A DNA stretch of 64,000 nucleotides from NCBI GenBank assembly GCA_951406725.2, contig OX597826.1:50344001-50408000 (forward strand), written 5' to 3'. Source of the stretch: Octopus vulgaris (lineage: Eukaryota). Of this stretch, positions 36,571-50,277 are shown piece by piece. The notes beneath the pieces are model-generated. The model was not told the origin of the DNA, ran no database searches, and saw only the letters and a list, made by a program, of their open reading frames with translations. Numbering within the stretch: the stretch's first letter is position 1; every line of letters starts with the position of its first letter. A program made the translations under genes and the position numbers.

Positions 36571-39356
36571 AAATTAATTAGCAGAAATATTACATCTCTA
36601 AACTACCTGACTTTAATTATTTATTTTTAAACTTTTTACTCTGTATTCCAATTTCAAATACTGCCAATGCAGACTTTCCTCTGGGTCCATCAAATATAAT
36701 CTTGAATTTGTATTAGAAATAGATATAGGCCATGGAAACCGTATGAATCCATACGGCTCAGGGAGGATGCTTTATCCTTTCCTAATCCAGTACACAGGTA
36801 TGTAGATTAGTAAGTAAATAGGTTGTATAGACAGGCATACACATACACACAAATGCACATAGCCATACACACACTATGCTTTATTGACAAACACATCATA
36901 CATAATTATTACTAATTTGAAGGCAGGGCATGCTTGAAAATTCTGTTTTTACAAACAATCTTAGATCTTTGTAACATTGATTCATCTTCATCATCATCAT
37001 TTAACATCTGTTTTCATGCTGGCAACTTGGAGACCTGTACCAGGCACAGGCCTGTTTTGACTTGGTTTTTCCAGCTGGATGCCCTTCCTAATACCAACCA
37101 CTTCAGTTTCATTGCACAGTTAAGCTTAACACTCAAAACATACTGTGACAATATTATCAAAGATGTGGATATTTATCTTAAAACCTGTTGTTTGTCAAAT
37201 CTTGTCTTATTCATCGTTTTTTTTCATTCTTATGTTGAAATTTGTTTTACTTTTTTTTAATTATAACCACAAAAGTTATTTATTCACATTAATTTATTCA
37301 GAGAAGTCACAACTCGTTACTTTACAAACATAAAGGGTCTTATTTATGTATTTGATTTAAATATAAGTAATGTTTTTTTAAAAAATTTTTAAGATTTAAG
37401 TTGTGGAGAAGTCAATTCATGGTTTTAACCTTTGTATTCCTGCACTTTTGATGTCCCAGGTCAACCCTGATTGAGCAGAGCCCTGACTAAAGACATTCCA
37501 TCTGAGACTATTCTGTTTTGGAGTTTCATGAGCTACAGTGGTGTGATTTGACTGTGCATGCTTCGTAGGTCACATGACTACATAAAGGCTCTCTTGTTTG
37601 CTATACAGCAAGATTGTACCCTCGGTAAAATGCCGATCCAGTAAATGATATAACTTGCACTTTTACTTAAGCTATATTGTCCAAAGTTTTGATTAAAGCT
37701 TTAACTCTTTAGCATTCAGATTACTCTGTCAAATGTAATGTTTGTTTATTCACATTATTTTGAATTAATTAGACATTATCTTGTAGCTTCAAAATTTCAA
37801 TGGTTTGATTATTTTAGAATGACATTATAGGGTAGATGTGAAAGGCTGGATGTGACGAAACAAGTGGAATATTTGGGTTGGAATGGACAGTTTAAATGCC
37901 AAAAGGTTACCCAATTAGTATCTGCAGATAGTTAATTGAACAATTGGTAACAGTCTTCTTCATATTATTGCTTTAAAAAAGTACATGTTCTTACCCTTCA
38001 CTTAGAGTTGGGAGAAAAAAAATGAACAGTTTACTTGCCAGTAATGTAGTGTAAATCTACCTAAAGATCTAGTCTTCATTGATGCAGTAAAATTACCATC
38101 ATTATTGTATGTCTGCATACCATGCAGGTATGGCTTAGTATGGTTTTCATGGTCAAAGTTAATTCATATTTGGAGTTACTGCCCTTGTAGATAAGTCAGT
38201 AACTACATCCTGTTCATATGTTCCATTTTCAGCATGGTTTCTACAATTCTGTCCCCTTCATATAACCAACCACTTTACTCAGTGTATTAGGTATGTTTTA
38301 ATTATGGCACCAGCATTAAAGAGGTTGCCATTTCCTGGATAAGACTAAAGAGTCCTCTCAACATTGTTTTCATTTGATGACCACTCACCTTACTGAATGT
38401 ATAAGGTGCATTTTTTTAGTGGCACTTTATAAATTACCCCCTCCATTCCTCTCTGTGCAGTGTTATAGAGTCCTCACTGCATTATGTTGTCTCTGTTGAA
38501 GGCAGTGTTAGGGAGAGAGTAAAAGAAAAAAGTTTGAAGAGTGAGAAGTTGGTGAGTAATAATAGAAGAGGAATTAACCATGCATTTTAAAAATTAATCG
38601 GGCATTATCTTGTAGTTTCAAGATTGCGATGGTGTGGTTGTTTATTTTTAGAATGACATTGTAGGGTAGGTGTGAGAGGCTGGACCTGGTCAGTTTAAAT
38701 GCCAAAGTGTTAGAGTCTACCTCCTCGGTTGCTTCCATTTTGAAGGATTCAGTTTTAATATTGATTTTGTCATCATCATTATCATATTGACTGGAACTGG
38801 CAAGCCAGAGAGCAGCATCAGGTTCCAGTCTGAATTTGGCTTGGTTTCTATGACTAGATGCCTTTCCTAATGTCACACACACACATATAATGTTGTTTCT
38901 AATCCAAGGTCATCTAAGATATTCCAGCTGTAACTAGCCTGTCTTTTTTAGGGGGTATTGTAGACTATACATTATTTAATGTGTGCTTTTCTTTTTTAAG
39001 AGGTTGATGCTGATTTGGCTGCTATTTCTAGCAAGTCGAGTGACTGCAGAGAGGCTTCCTCTTTGGCTTAGTGCATGATTTTTTTATTTTAGTTTGTTGT
39101 GATCAGTTCTTGGCTATGATGTAGATTATTTGATGAATTTCTATGTTAATTTTTACATCATCTTTTGGCAATGGTGGTGCTGGGTGCAATAAAATAAAGT
39201 ACCAGTGAAGTACAGGGTCGATGTAATTGACTTTCCTTGTCTCCTCACAAAATTGCTCGACTTGTGCCAAAATTAGAAACAATTGTGTTTTTTTATATTC
39301 TTTTGTCTTGTTGTTTGTGTCTCTGTTTCAAGTATCAACTTCTCACTTGTTCTCTA

Positions 39357-39401
<45 letters not shown>

Positions 39402-39409
39402 CTCTGTTT

Positions 39410-39886
39410 GGATCAGAATGGAAATCGATCAATGGAAATTGCAGATGTGTTACCAGTGCCGGTGGCATGTCGAAACTCTACTTGTGAAGACCCGTTGAGG
39501 CAAGTGAGGATCAGAATGGAAATTGCAGATGTGTTACCAGTGCCGGTGGCATGTAAGAGAACCTTCCGTTTCGCGACCGTTGCCAGCACCGCCCCGTTTC
39601 GTGTCCGTTGCCAGCCTCGCCTGGCCCTTGTGCCGGTGGCACATAAAAAGCACCATCCGTTCGTGGCCGTTTGCCAGCTCTGTCTGGCACCTGTGCGGGT
39701 GGCACGTAAAAAGCACCCACTACACTCACGGAGTGGTTGGCGTTAGGAAGGGCATCCAGCCGTAGAAACACTGCCAGATTTGACTGGGCCTGATGAAGCC
39801 TTCTGGCTTCACAGACCCCAGTAGAACCGTCCAACCCATGCTAGCATGGAAAACGGACGCTAAACGACGATGATGATGATGATGAT
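39410..39886 (+). mobile_element. Retroposon family 3, young CpG-rich copy
   Basis: Internal gtgccggtggca repeats, family 3 3' block and (GAT)n tail. It ends about 40 nt upstream of the candidate exon at 39927. Confidence 0.9.
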
Positions 39887-39926
39887 TGTCAATTGTATCT
39901 GAACTCTTTCTTGCCACTCATGACAG

Positions 39927-39968
39927 TAGACAAAAATAAACATTCGCCTCCATCAAAGAAGGCTTCAG
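39927..39968 (+). CDS. Candidate THOC2 distal small exon (DKNKHSPPSKKAS)
   Basis: catgacag|tag tandem acceptor and cag|gttgat donor. 42 nt, symmetric phase 1. K/S-rich composition like the THOC2 tail. No homology confirmation. Confidence 0.4.
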
Positions 39969-41915
39969 GTTGATATTTCCAGGTTTTATGCAGCACTTTA
40001 TATACATATATGTTTGCGTGTGTATATGTATGTATACACACACTTGTACTTATTGTCAGTTACGATGACACATTTCATTATCTTACATAGAAGGTAAATC
40101 TATAACAAGATTACCAAATGAATGGAGATTATGAAACAATTGTTTCTATTTAATTGTATGTAGAATCTTTACTTCTAAGTATTTGTTGTTTTATACAAAG
40201 ATTGTTATATGTTTGCTGCTGTAAACATGTATTGGGAGAGTCCATTTCTAAACTGCATCACTTTTATTGTATAAGTTTCCACTGTTCACACACACAGATA
40301 ATGTGGAGTGATTATTTTTGTAAAGGTTGCCTGGTCGTTTTGTTCTGTTTTACTTAAAATACTGTGCAGTAGTGTCACCTAATTCCTGAAGCTCTGTTCT
40401 TTGTCCTTGTTATTACATTGTGCCTTTCTTTGACTGTCATAGTTGAATTTACGCCTAGTTTTTTTGCATTCCAAATTGTACTGTGTCCCAAAATGCAACC
40501 CCCCACAACGAAGATATTATCTATGCTAACTTTATGGTCTATTAATTAATTTAGGAGTTGAGGTTTAGTTTTGCAAAGTGCTGTGATTTTTTTTTTTTTT
40601 AAAGTGTTTTGAACTCAACAAAGCATCATCACCACTGTTATTATTGTCATCATCAATAGCAGCTACTAAAAAAAAAAAGGTTAGAATGCATGTCACTTTA
40701 AGTTACTTTAACTGCTAATTCAATAACCAAAACCACTCTCTCAGTATTTCTGTCCATTTTGAGATCTGATTTCCCAAACTTTGGAACTACAACCATGGCT
40801 AAGAAGTTAACTGGGCTCTTGTATTATTTGTTGGTCCTGGCAGAACAGTCAAATTTAGTTTTGTGTAATTGTAGTTGTTCTATTAGCTACACTGTTGACC
40901 TTTATGATTGTCTGTCTGCTTCAAAGCTAATTGGAACTGGTAAATTAAGAATAACAACTAGAAAAATGGTTTATGGTCATTTATTTTTGGGAGTTGGTAA
41001 TAATAACAGTAAAAACCAAAATATTTACTGTATTCAACACATTGAGACACTGTTACAACTAAATCTGATAGGACTGAATACTAAGGGCTGTAGTGAGAAT
41101 TCATTAGAATATTTAGGTAATTTTATTTTTATTACTAACAGTTTCCTGACAACACTTCTCTCACAAAATACACTATACATTTCAGTTAATTTTAAAATTA
41201 AAAATTTGGAGGGATTTAGTAAAAATGACTGCAGAGATGCTTCTTCTTTGGTTTAGTGCATGTTTTTTATTCATGTTTTTTTTTAGTTCTTGCCTATGAA
41301 GTAGATTATTTGAGGTACAAGTTTCAATGACGGAAGGTTTTAATTTCAATATAAACTTTATAGTAGTATTATAGTATTAATTTCAATATAGACTTTATAG
41401 TATTTAAATTAGACATATCAGGCCCAAATGTTCTACTTGTTTTATGTTCAAACTGAGCAGATTAGGCCTCTCACTCATACCCTCTAATGTCATTCTGAAA
41501 ATAAACAGTCACATCATTGCAATTCCAAAATAATGTTAATAAATAAATATTACACTTGATAGAGAAATCTGAATGCTAAAGAGGTTTTGTATGAGAGGCT
41601 GTATCAAAAGCATTAAAGTAATACTGTTGAGTGAAGATCTCTTAAAATTGTAATGGATTAAACTTTTTAATTTACCTTCTCAACCAATCATTTTGTCCCC
41701 ACCACTGTTTATTAATAACCTATCTACTTAATGTTCTAAGTTGACCTATTCGTTTTCAGTACTGCCATTAGACTTATAAAAGTTATCACTCACTTTATAT
41801 TGTAGTCTAATCTAGATGTTTCAGCTGTGATGTTTTGGATTGATTCGACAGTAAAATATCTTAAATGACCCATGGGCAAAGATACACATAACCAGGAAGT
41901 CTTAAACATACCTTA

Positions 41916-42177
41916 TCTTTATATATAAAAGTAAGGTTGTATGTCTGTCTCCTACGATTTAGATTCCTAACTACTCCCACATTTGCGTCGTGATTCATAT
42001 CGAGCCCTTCTGGGTATTAGCACGCGTCTACGATGAGTCTACGATTTAAAAAAAAAACTACCATAATTTTTCCCCATTTTAAATGCATTTTTTTGCTATT
42101 TTTTGGCTATAACTCTCTAAAAATGCTTTATAGTTATTTCCCTCACAAACCCGAGCAACGCTGGGCGATACTGCTAG
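41916..42177 (+). mobile_element. Non-autonomous Helitron
   Basis: A|TCtttatatataaaa 5' end. Subterminal hairpin cccgagcaacgctggg and 3' end CTAG|T, with an A-T insertion site and no TSD. Confidence 0.85.
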
Positions 42178-45035
42178 TTATGATATAAAGTAAAAATATT
42201 TATTTCCCCAATTTGGGTGGTATCTGCATGGAGTGGATTTAATTAATGACCTTAGTACTTAACACTGGTCTGATTCTTATTTTGTAAAAACCAGAAAATT
42301 GGAAGGCAAGGTCAACTTCTGTAGGGTTTGAACTCAGAATGTAAAGACTTGTTACTGAACAACTAAAAGTATGTCTTAATAATTAGCGCTATTATTTCAG
42401 TCACCTCACTACCTATATTTTAAGGCCAATCTATTTTACTAGACTTGGGTATAAGGAACTTTAATCGTAGACCTCTTTAATGTTATCTGACACAAAATAC
42501 TGTTTCTTTAGATTTGGCCCAATATTTCTCTAAATAAGGAATATTGTTTCCATACTTCCAGCACATGCACACATTCATTCTCTCTCTCTCTGCTATTCTA
42601 TTGTTGCCTGTCCCTGAATATTTGGATTAGTTTAGTTCCTACATATTCCTTCTTTCATAGTTAACACGACCAATGTAAGGGTTTGAATGACTTCTTTCAA
42701 AAACCAAAATGTTGTCTTCATTTGATTTTTTTTTCAGTAAATCTTCAAGTATCGTCTATTCTTTTTTGGTCATGTTTTATGATATAATTAACTGCCATAA
42801 GGGAACTGGTGCCTCTTTGCTACCAAAATCTCAGTTATATATCATTATACTCTCTCTCTCTCTTTCTCTCTCTCTCAAGAAGGAAGCAGTGCCTTAGATT
42901 TTATTTATATTTTTTTTGTATATATTATCTTTTCTAGATAGCTGAAATTATCAATCAGTCCTTCTAAGTGTTTTCTACTGTGCATAGCTGTTTAAATAGA
43001 GATGGGAAGTATTCACTTATCATGACCTTTCCTGTACATTCTTTTCCTTAAAAGTGAAAGCGGTGGAATTTTAAATGCGAAAAGATTACTCTCTCTCATC
43101 AACAAATATTTGGTGAAATTACATAAAAAAAAAGAAACCCCAAAAAGCTATTTTATCAAAATGACACTCGACAAGATGAAAATATTTTTGTGATTATCGT
43201 AATAAATATCATAGGAAATGTTTGCATTACTTTGTGGAAGTCTTTGTTTTATTGCATGAGAAGATTTTGGCTTTTATTGGGATTTGGTCTGATGCGAGCC
43301 ATTATATAATGTATGTCAGTGTCTTTGAGAATGGCTGCAAGCTAGATGTCATGCCAGGCTGGGAAATACTTCTCGAAATAGTTGCAGTGCCGAAAGGAAA
43401 TGGAGGAGGAAACAGTTTTGTGTGTACATGCATACATTTTTTCTTTCTTTGTTTCTCTCTCCCTCCTGCCCTCCCCCCTCTCTCACACACACACACACAT
43501 ACACACACACTGAAGCTCTTTGTCACTGATCTACCATAATGTTTTGTTTTCACCGTTTCTTCTGCCAACTATTAAAACTGTTTCTGCCTCAATACCTTTG
43601 TGTCACCCCTATCTTGTTTCTCTGCCTTTTCCCCTATGGGCATCCTTACTGTGCTGTCTTACCATATTTAGTACTAAACCAGCACAGTCAACTTCTTTTT
43701 TTTTTTTTTTTTTGAGAAGCAGGCTGCATGAGACATGGTTCACCACCAGGTCGACTGCATTTTCAAAGAGCCAATTCAAGGTAATTGTTTGTTTAGGTGT
43801 GCCATTCAGAAAAGTCCTGCAGGCCTCATTTGTCCATTGACTGTACTTGACATTCTGGATCACCAGAGTGATCTGTATTTGGAATACTTTATTCTAGATA
43901 TTAAAATGAATTAGAGATTTTCTAATTATGTACTGTAGAATAATTGGAAATTTATTTTCAATAAATGCCATTCACTTTATTTTCTCTGAAGAATCTATTT
44001 GTCTTTCAACTTTGAATTTATTGTCTTTGCACAGCTCTCAAGAGGTTTCACTGCCTTGTTTCACTATTACTCCCACCTCTTCCTTCCTTTTCCTTCTGTC
44101 TTCCTTCTCTCTCCTTCATATCCTCTTTCTCTTCTTCATATTCTAATCCCACCTCACTTTCTCCTTTATCCCCTTCTTTATAGTAAGGGAATTTTATCAA
44201 TTACTTTTGTATTTTCTTAAATAACTTGCTGGGTCTGAAGGAAAGGACAATTGGTGGAGGAACAACAATTGTTCCTCCACCAATAGTGTCAACTCACCAA
44301 CTCAAGAGGATTTTTGGTGGCCTTCTTTGGCCAGTGAGATTGATGCCTTTAAATATCCCTCTTGGACCTTTGTAAGTCAACACCTGTGGGAAAGGTATAA
44401 ACAAGGAGAAAATCCTAGAGGGATCAACATTCTAGACATAGTGGATTATTGTGGAACCTGGGCCACAAGAGTGATTAGAGGATTAAAGGAGGAAAGACCA
44501 AGACTTGAATTTTGAACAACCTGTTTGCTGGATTCATTATAAACTAGCTGCACTTTGCCCACCATGGGAGTTACCAGTGACCCCCAATGGTGATTTTTTT
44601 TTTCCATGGGGTCTCACATCACTGTAGTTCAAACCATATTATTTGAATTTTAGAAAATGTTACAAAAGACTTGTTTCTTTGTATTTGTAAATGGTTTTCT
44701 ATTTGCATCAATAGTTGTGGTCAGGGATCAGGTTTGATACTGGAAGGGTGCAAGTCAGTCATTCTCCATTACTGGACTGCTGCCCCTCCATAAAATAAAT
44801 TCTGTGAAAAAAATAGCCATTAAATCTTATATAATCTGAAATATTATCTGTAGAAAAAAAAATCCACAAATGGAGATATGATGGACATTTTAACACTTTT
44901 TAACATATATGTCACTGGTGACTCCCGCAGTACAGAATGAATATAATATTCATTCTGTATTTTGGGAGTCACCAGTGAGAGCCATGCTATAAATCAAAAT
45001 GGTAGTTTTACAGTGAATTAGAGAACATATATATA

Positions 45036-45416
45036 TTCTTTTATTTGCTTCAGTCATTTGACTGCAGCCATTCTAAAGCACTGCTTTAAAGAGTCTTAGT
45101 CAAGGAATCGATCCCCAGGATTTATTCTTTGTAAGCCCAGTACTTATTCTATTGGTCACTTTTGCTAAACTAGTAAGTTACGGGAACATAAACACACCAA
45201 CATTGGTTTCAAGCAATGGTGGGGGGATAAACCCAGACACAAAAACACACATACATACATATGATGGGTTTCTTTCAGTTTCCGTCTACCAGATCTCCTT
45301 GCAAGGCTTTGGTTGACCCGAGGCTATAGTAGACAACACTTTCCCATGGTACCACGCAGTGGGGCCGAACCAGGAACCATATGGTTGGGAAGCAAGCTTC
45401 TTACCACACAGCCACC
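45036..45416 (-). mobile_element. SINE family 1
   Basis: Reverse-complement match to the family 1 blocks. Confidence 0.85.
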
Positions 45417-45639
45417 TATGTTGTTAAGAGATTCTTTTAAATGCCCAATTTATATCAAAATGGGAAAGAAAACATGTTGCAAAATGGTTTTCGTAGGTAA
45501 AGTGTTAATACATTGCCCAATGTATATGGATTATAAACAAACCAACACCATTTGTGAAGCATGGGAAAGCATGCACACACTGCACAAAGCATGCACTCAC
45601 GTCTATGAATTTGTTTTGCAAGATGCCCGATATGAAATA

Positions 45640-45674
<35 letters not shown>

Positions 45675-46119
45675 AAGTTGGTGTGTGAAGGCACGTGGTT
45701 GAATATATAGAAAATAGTAAAAAGTGAAAAAACTACAGAAGGCTTGTTTTAAAAGGTTAAAAAATATATATTTGAGTCATTATGTCAGAAGAATGTTATA
45801 AATTTTTTTCATACAATGACATAGTTTTTGAAGAAATGACCGGTTATATATATAATACACACATACATAACAGGGTTTTGTCTACTGAATTCACTCACAA
45901 GGCATTGGTTAGCCTAGGGCTATATAGTAGACGTCACTTGCCAAAGTTACTGTACAGTGGAACTGAACCTGAAATGATGTGGTTGCAAAGCGAGCACAGC
46001 ATTCACAGGGAGAAGAGTTTACTTAATTATAACTTACATTAACTAAGGAGCCGTGATGAAATTAAGGCTGGTGTTGTTAGATAGGTCATGTAAGTTTTTT
46101 TTTTTTTTTTTCATGGCAG

Positions 46120-46145
46120 TCACAAAGGCAAAGAAGCGCCACTAA
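46120..46145 (+). CDS. Candidate THOC2 last coding exon ((V)TKAKKRH*)
   Basis: Long poly-T then catggcag|. Phase-1 reading gives TKAKKRH-TAA (46143-46145). Donor aag|gtttgt lies 8 nt later (46153/46154). In frame with the 39927-39968 candidate. Confidence 0.45.
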
Positions 46146-47634
46146 GTATTAAGGTTTGTCAGATGATACATGGATCTAACCTGCCAGATGGATTGACTCC
46201 ATTTGCACACACCATTGTTCTGTTGCTTCATTATATTGTTATTTCTGTTGTGGAATGGAATTACTGCCAGTTTAGTCATCACTCCAGCACTTGAGTGATT
46301 GTTTCCTTCCCGATCAGCCCTGGTCAAGCTGAATTACCATAAAAGACATGGGTATGTTAGATGCATCCTAATTTCAGTAGTGTATGTTCGAGAAAAAATA
46401 GCTTTGAAGCATGTAATATAATCCCAAAAGCCCAACTTCACATATAAGACCAGGATTGATTTTTTTTTTTTTTGAGAAATGTTATATATACCATCAAATA
46501 TGGTAGTTTCAGTGGTGACCATTTTGTTACTATTCTTTACCAAACACAGTGTACCTAGAAGTACATTTTCCAATGTGACCTTCTTTCTTTTAAGTTGGTA
46601 GAATGATTTGAAGGAAATTTAGCTACTGTTTCTAGCGTGTCTGGTGACTGCTTATATTTATTCCCTCATTGGTTCAAGAGAGACTGGAAGCAACAGATGT
46701 GGGTGGATAAAATAAACAACAGACTTTTTATTAGGAATTTTCAATCCAGCATAAGATTTCGAATGGAATAGATCTCATTAACATCCCTTAGTATGGTGAT
46801 GGGGTTGTTGGCGATATTAATTTTTGAAAAAAATTTTGAAGTGGTTTTTTTTTTTCTCCATATTCTAGATCAGACAGAAGAGAGTGGTTTTTAACATAAG
46901 AGATTGTAGATATGTGTAGGTGTCTACAAATAATTAAGCTGTTACTTCCAAGGAATGTATATGTGTGGGTGTATATAGTCTGAAACCATGAAATTCACAC
47001 CTTTTACACTAAATCATTGTCCTTTTATCCTTTTTTTTTTCTTTTTGAATTTGTGAATGTATGTAGGTGGAAGCTGATATGAAGAGCACTTTTCTGTGGA
47101 AGAATTTTTGTCGGTTTTTTTTTTTTTTTTTTTTTACTGTCTACAGTTTGTTATGGTTTAATATCGCAGAGAAAATAGATATAATTTTTGATGTAACCTT
47201 TGCTTTCCATTAAGATAGCTTTTAGATATTACATTATAACTTAAAAACATTTACTCCCAAAAGTATTGTTTGTCAAATGCTAGTATAGTTTAATGGTCTC
47301 ACTCTGTCATGATTCTGAGAACAGTTTTTATTTCCAACTTTTTGGGTGTCAAAAAGCAAAGGCAAGTTTGTTTGTTTTCCTTTTTTTTATTTTGTAAGAA
47401 ACTATATTCAGCAGGTAAAGGGTTTTCCTGAGGTCTATAAGCCCTTTAGCATTCAGATTACTCTGTGAAATCTAATACTTATTTATTCACACTGTTTAGG
47501 GGATAAAAAGGGACTAAGACTTCTGGCAGTTAGCTGTACTTGAGAACCTGAGTAAAATTGTGGTTGTCCTTGCATACAAGGAAATCCCCTGCATCCCTCT
47601 TCAGCTGAGCATTCCTAATTTTGTGGGTTCATAG

Positions 47635-47891
47635 GTGCTGGTGTCACATAAAAAGCACCTGTGCTGGTGCCACATAAATAGCACCTGTGCTGGTGCCATG
47701 TAAACGCACCCATGCCAGTGCTGTGTAAAGGCACCCAGTACTCTCTGTAAAGTGGTTGGCATTAGAAAGGGCATCCAGCCAGAGAAACCATGCCAAAACA
47801 GACAGAAACCTAGGCAACTCTTCAGCTGACAAGCTCCCATCAAACCATCCAACCCATACCAGCATGGAAAACCAATGTTAAATCATGATGT
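47635..47891 (+). mobile_element. Retroposon family 3 (diverged)
   Basis: Tandem gcacctgtgctggtgcca repeats and the family 3 3' block. Confidence 0.75.
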
Positions 47892-48728
47892 TTTGAATTA
47901 ACCCTTTAGTATTCAGATTACTCTGTCAAAACTAATATTTATTCGCATTGTTTTGAATTAATAATGCTGTATCTCATAGCTTCAAGATTTCAGTGATGTG
48001 ATTGTTTCTTTTTTAGAATGTCGTTGTGAGAGGCATGTTCTGATCCATTTGAACATAAAACGGATAGACTATGATGGGTTTAAATGCGAAATAGTTAAAG
48101 CAGATTTATAACTGTTAGACCTATAAAACACAATCTTTAGAAGTAAAACCTAAAATTTACTTAGTTATAATTAGTTCAGCTGCTAATCAACACTGTTGGC
48201 ATTGGTAAAATAAGCATTTTGAAACAGGTCTTAAAAGATACTGCCAAGAGTAGTTGGAAGTAGAATTAATTTTCAATGACCTTCCAACCATAAATAAGAC
48301 TTTATAATTCAGGTGTGGGAGCCACAAAAAGATTGAACAACAGAAACATTTAACTATTCTTTACTTATAATTTTTCTGTCTTTTTCCCTTTTTTTTTCTT
48401 CCTTATAAGGACTATTATATACTAACCTATATTACAGTCAGTCATGGTTTACCAACTTTACTTGGAAATAGAATTTGATTACATAAAAAAAATAAAAAAC
48501 GGAAATGACTAATGAATATTGACTTAGGTGATAGTAACAGATCAAATGAAAAGTCACAGCTGACTAAATGTCAGCCCTGCTTTTCTTGAATGGTTGACTG
48601 TTTGAATCTTAACACACACACACACATACTGTGTACCGATGTATGTACATTATACTGTTGTTCCGGTAGCTCAGTTCACTTAATTGTAAAAGGGTACTGT
48701 GTGTAGTTACATCTCATTGTTGGAGCAC

Positions 48729-48937
48729 TCTCTCTTTTACTTGTTTCAGTCATTTGACTGCGGCCATGCTGGAGCACCGCCTTGAATCGAGCAAATCGAC
48801 CCCGGGACTTATTCTTTGTAAGCCCAGTACTTATTCCTTTTGGTCTCTTTTGCCGAACCGCTAAGTAACGGGGACATAAACACACCAGCATCGGTTGTCA
48901 AGTAATGCTAGGGGGACAAACACAGACACACAAACAT

Positions 48938-48985
<48 letters not shown>

Positions 48986-49133
48986 GATGGGCTTCTTTCA
49001 GTTTCCGTCTACCAAATCCACTCACAAGGCTTTGGTCGGCCCGAGGCTATAGTAGAAGACACTTGCCCAAGGTGCCACGCAGTGGGACTGAACCCGGAAC
49101 CATGTGGTTCGTAAGCAAGCTACTTACCACACA
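48729..49133 (-). mobile_element. SINE family 1, young full-length copy (CpGs retained)
   Basis: On the minus strand: gtgtggtaagtagcttgcttacgaaccacatggttccgggttcagtcccactgcgtggcacc (A/B boxes), internal (TA)n(TG)n, gactgaaacaagtaaaagag tail. Resembles the octopus OK/OR-type SINEs. Confidence 0.92.
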
Positions 49134-49539
49134 AGTTGCATAGTTGGTTCATAATGCTGAATTGAAATTTTTCTTTGTAGATCCAGGGAAGACAAATGGG
49201 TCTGAGGTTTCTGCTTTGGTGCAACAATTTCCCCATGGTTTATAGACATGACGACCTACATCCTTATTTGCTTAAACTGCTCTTCTGAAATTTTGAGACA
49301 CTTTCTATATCTTCTGTCTGTCACTTGTTTCAGTCACTCGTTCAGTAGCACCTTGGTTTTTAGGACATAAACAAACCAATACCAGTTGTTTTGGGGAGAG
49401 GAGTGGGGGCAGACAAACCCATATACACAAAACAACATAAGTGCAAGAGACAATCGCAGTTAATATTATTAGTTTGATGCTCCAAGAAGGAAACAGTTAC
49501 AAAGTAAAAATTACAGAAAGAAAGCGCATGTGCGTGCGC

Positions 49540-49577
<38 letters not shown>

Positions 49578-50277
49578 TGAGTGAGAGAGTAGAATTAGAA
49601 ATAGAAAATCCTTGGTGCAGTATTCTATATTTGAAAAACTGAACAGAAATGGCTTTCCTGATAATTTTTCCACTTTAATTATTAGATGTTTATAAATCAA
49701 TTTATATATATATATATATAAATCATTGTTTAACATCTGCTTTCCATGGTTGGACAGTTAGACTGAGGATTGGCAAGCTGAGAGGCTGCACCAGGCTCTG
49801 ATCTGATCCGGCAAGGTTTCTACAACTGGATGTCCTTCCTAATGCCAACTCAGAGTGTAGTGGGTGCTTTTTATGTGCCACCAACTTGGGAGCCAGTCAG
49901 GTGACACACACACACACACACAAACACACAATGGGCTACTCCCTACTTTAGGAGAGTTTGTCAACGACGTTAGTTAATGAGTTGATTTGTCATGGAGAGT
50001 AAAAGAATATACTGTTCTGACCACTGTCCACTGTCGTTTTCTAGAAAGAAGGAGAAATGCTCTGAACATTTAGATTCTTTCATTCCTCACACCAGTATCA
50101 TCTCACTGAATAACCTTGCCTCTACATCAATAATTCCTGTCAATAAAAACCACCATCACCACTTTTCTCAGATTTCAGATTTTACTGTATCTTTCTCTAA
50201 TAATTTCAGTTCTTGTTTTTGTGTTTTCTTTTTTTTTTTAATTTGGGTACTTTTTATTTATATATCATCATCATCAT

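Noticed and set aside
39430-39715. Repeat-spacer-like array of gtgccggtggca units
   Set aside because: These are internal subrepeats of the family 3 retroposon in a eukaryotic intron. Irregular spacing and no cas genes, so not CRISPR.
40759-41256. 165-aa ORF in unique sequence
   Set aside because: TTG start, AT-rich codon content, no recognisable motif or exon boundaries. Probably a chance ORF.
26956-46785. Shared 15-mer gatctcattaacatc at ~26956 and 46771
   Set aside because: A few chance 15-mer matches are expected in 64 kb of AT-rich DNA, and the match does not extend.
48729-49133. tRNA-like A/B boxes
   Set aside because: SINE head only, with no complete cloverleaf tRNA gene.
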